Shown here piece after piece: positions 61,986 to 64,000 of a stretch of 64,000 bases of DNA. The position numbers and the translations under genes were made by a program. The notes beneath the pieces were generated by a model, which was not told where the DNA came from, made no database searches, and saw only the letters and a program-made list of their open reading frames with translations. This stretch comes from Obrimoposthia wandeli (taxonomy: Eukaryota), in contig CDROCS010003176.1 in NCBI GenBank assembly GCA_977020255.1, positions 62,001 through 126,000 on the forward strand. Reading direction: 5' to 3'. The stretch's first letter is position 1. Every line of letters starts with the position of its first letter.

Positions 61986-62012
61986 ATTTCTAAGTGGCTA
62001 AAAGAAAAAGTA

Positions 62013-62459
62013 TTAATTCGTAGCGTGTGATAACCGAATACCATCACGAATATTTAACCCCAGTAAAATAGCATTCGTTGCCCCAGCAATTAATTCAATG
62101 GCCTGTACCGTCCAATATACTGAGTCAAATTGACCCGTTGCCGACCAACGCGCTAAAAATATCGCAGCAGGTATAAGAATAACGACACCATTAGCAGCTG
62201 CAATTTTCATTCTTTTTTGCTTAACCGCTAATACCCCCAAAACTTTCACGCCATACAGTTTGTTCGCAGTTATTCCCGTCGTCATCATTGCGATAACTAA
62301 TAATCCAACACTATATAAAATAGTCTGTTTAACTTGTGCAATGACTTGATGATCACCAAATATATCGGCTAAAAGGCTACTTAAAAAAAAGGAAACGATT
62401 AGAAGAAAAGCTATGATCGCTGCTGTTTTATGTATACGTTTCATTATTACCCTATTCAT
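62013..62459 (-). CDS. Hypothetical 4-TM membrane protein
   Basis: Four hydrophobic segments; probably cotranscribed with the cytochrome c' gene. Confidence 0.75.
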   Translation of the reverse strand: MNRVIMKRIHKTAAIIAFLLIVSFFLSSLLADIFGDHQVIAQVKQTILYSVGLLVIAMMTTGITANKLYGVKVLGVLAVKQKRMKIAAANGVVILIPAAIFLARWSATGQFDSVYWTVQAIELIAGATNAILLGLNIRDGIRLSHATN

Positions 62460-62527
62460 AATATCCCCTTACTGTTTTGCCTTAATGTAAACCTTAGTAC
62501 GACGCTTAAAATAAATTGAAATAAACC

Positions 62528-63007
62528 TTACCAAGCCGAACGATACTGCCTATGGCAACCTTTACACGTTCCATTTACTTGCTTTAATCCTCGCTTTACC
62601 AATGTTGTATCTTCACGCACAACTCCATCAAGCATATCGGCGTACCCTTGTTCCATCTGTGCCATAAAAGTATTGAACTTTGCGGGTTTACTCCATATTG
62701 ATGATTTGGCGCGGCTACCAGCATCACTCTCTTTTGGAAACGCGCCTTGTAACTCGATAGCAGCCTGATGACTACTAACAGCTAATGCACTTACTTGGCC
62801 CCAATCGACAATATCGGCATTTAAAGTGCTATTAAGCGGCTTCATATTTTGGTCTATCGTTTTAAAATTTTGCTGACGAGCTTCGATTACTTGCTTATTA
62901 CTTTCTTCACTATTCGCTATTGCAGCCACACTGACACTTCCCAGCACCATCGCGAATCCAAATTTGATAATTTTCGGCAGACACTTCGCTATTGTTTGAG
63001 TAGACAT
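62528..63007 (-). CDS. Cytochrome c' / c556 (class II cytochrome c)
   Basis: Signal peptide; ARQQNF, SIWSKPAKF and C-terminal CKGCH. Confidence 0.9.
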   Translation of the reverse strand: MSTQTIAKCLPKIIKFGFAMVLGSVSVAAIANSEESNKQVIEARQQNFKTIDQNMKPLNSTLNADIVDWGQVSALAVSSHQAAIELQGAFPKESDAGSRAKSSIWSKPAKFNTFMAQMEQGYADMLDGVVREDTTLVKRGLKQVNGTCKGCHRQYRSAW

Positions 63008-63075
63008 TTTTTATCCTCTTTTCGTAAATAATCAGTACATGTATTAGGAACGATTGGTTAATCCCTCGACTTGCT

Positions 63076-63127
63076 GTTAATTTACACTGCAACTGTTGCT
63101 CGAGCAACAGTTGCAGTGTAAATTAAC
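63076..63127. repeat. Perfect 52-bp palindrome with no loop, in a divergent promoter region
   Basis: GTTAATTTACACTGCAACTGTTGCTC|GAGCAACAGTTGCAGTGTAAATTAAC. Confidence 0.97.
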
Positions 63128-63153
63128 TGGGAATTCATTAACGGAACATTTTT

Positions 63154-63816
63154 ATGAAAGTATGGGATTTACCAACACGCTTATACCATTGGCTTCAAGC
63201 GCTATTATGCTTAGGGTTATTAATGTCAGGGTTTAGTGGAAATGGTCCACATGAAATGATCGGTATAGCGTTGCTTGTTTTAGTCTTGTGGCGTTTCTGC
63301 TGGGGAATTATCGGCAGTGACACGAGCCGGTTCAGGTACTTCTTACGCTCACCAATTACAGTGTGGTATTACTTAACTGGTAAATTTAAACATACCATTG
63401 GTCACAACCCTGCTGGCGGCTGGATGGTTATCACCCTACTAACCTTCTTATTAATTCAAAGCTTTACGGGTTTTATTCTGATGGGAGTATTCGAAATATG
63501 GATAAATGAATCGTCAATATTCGCTGATAGTGACTTGATAGGGTTTGTTCATGCATTATCGGCTCGTTTACTGATTGCTCTAATAGGCTTACATTTATTA
63601 GCAATCATTGCTTATAAGCTGAAACATGTTCCTTTAGTCAAAGCCATGTTTACAGGAAAGCAATCAACCAGCGCAGAGCTTAACAAGACAACAAATTCAA
63701 CCCAAGCAACAAGCTCAGATGGGGTTGTATTTAAACAAAATAGACTAGCATTTTGCTGCTTTTTAATCTGTATAGGGGTCGTGTATTCATTGTTACAGAT
63801 GACGGGGTTCGTGTAG
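63154..63816 (+). CDS. Cytochrome b (Ni-hydrogenase cytochrome b-like) membrane protein
   Basis: VWDLPTRLYHW, HE.IG, GHNPAGG, VH and LH haem-ligand histidines. Confidence 0.9.
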   Translation: MKVWDLPTRLYHWLQALLCLGLLMSGFSGNGPHEMIGIALLVLVLWRFCWGIIGSDTSRFRYFLRSPITVWYYLTGKFKHTIGHNPAGGWMVITLLTFLLIQSFTGFILMGVFEIWINESSIFADSDLIGFVHALSARLLIALIGLHLLAIIAYKLKHVPLVKAMFTGKQSTSAELNKTTNSTQATSSDGVVFKQNRLAFCCFLICIGVVYSLLQMTGFV

Positions 63817-63909
63817 TAATACGATGGCATTTAATATGGCTTATCATCCACTTATTCCTTATAGTACAGGTAGTGATTTCACCTATAACTCAGAAGATAG
63901 AACATAATA

Positions 63910-64000
63910 ATGAGTACATCATTCGAACGTGAATCAAGCCTTGGTTGGCTCATTAATGTGGTTGCCAACAAACTAAAAAATGATTTTGATACTGAGCTCA
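63910..64000 (+). CDS. MarR-family regulator, N-terminal fragment (runs off the window)
   Basis: MSTSFERESSLGWLINVVANKLKNDFDTEL, a typical MarR first helix. Confidence 0.6.
   Translation, partial: MSTSFERESSLGWLINVVANKLKNDFDTEL

Noticed and set aside
1716-63830. The many 60-140-aa ORFs nested antisense or out of frame within larger genes
   Set aside because: These are shadow ORFs with no RBS or motifs, fully explained by the overlapping real genes.

Overview
A 64-kb stretch of a Vibrionaceae chromosome, probably Photobacterium and possibly chromosome II. This assignment is inferred from gene content and order. Most of it is housekeeping or metabolic: folE, moeA, moeB, a NupC-type transporter, an orphan OppA-type binding protein, CvfB, metY, a PheC-like protein, an MCP, selO, aroH, yajQ, pirin, a lipid A acyltransferase and a napE-napA-napB-napC operon. 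Accessory patches are: (i) an AT-rich sugar-acid catabolic island (PTS EIIBC, KdgK, Eda, enolase-superfamily dehydratase, GntR) at 14.5-19.9 kb; (ii) an uncharacterised operon at 42.5-48.2 kb encoding a membrane-anchored DUF2760 protein with EKIVE repeats and two divergent Hsp70-fold ATPases; (iii) a 50.8-58 kb patch with two related palindromic MITE-like elements, an H-NS-like protein lacking its DNA-binding domain behind a structured leader, a secreted RNase T2 with an (AGCAAT)10 microsatellite and several small orphans; (iv) orphan PTS genes and a cytochrome c'/cytochrome b pair separated by a perfect 52-bp palindrome. I saw no rRNA, tRNA, CRISPR array, transposase, integrase or prophage genes. 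Family assignments come from motif recognition by eye; no database searches were run.
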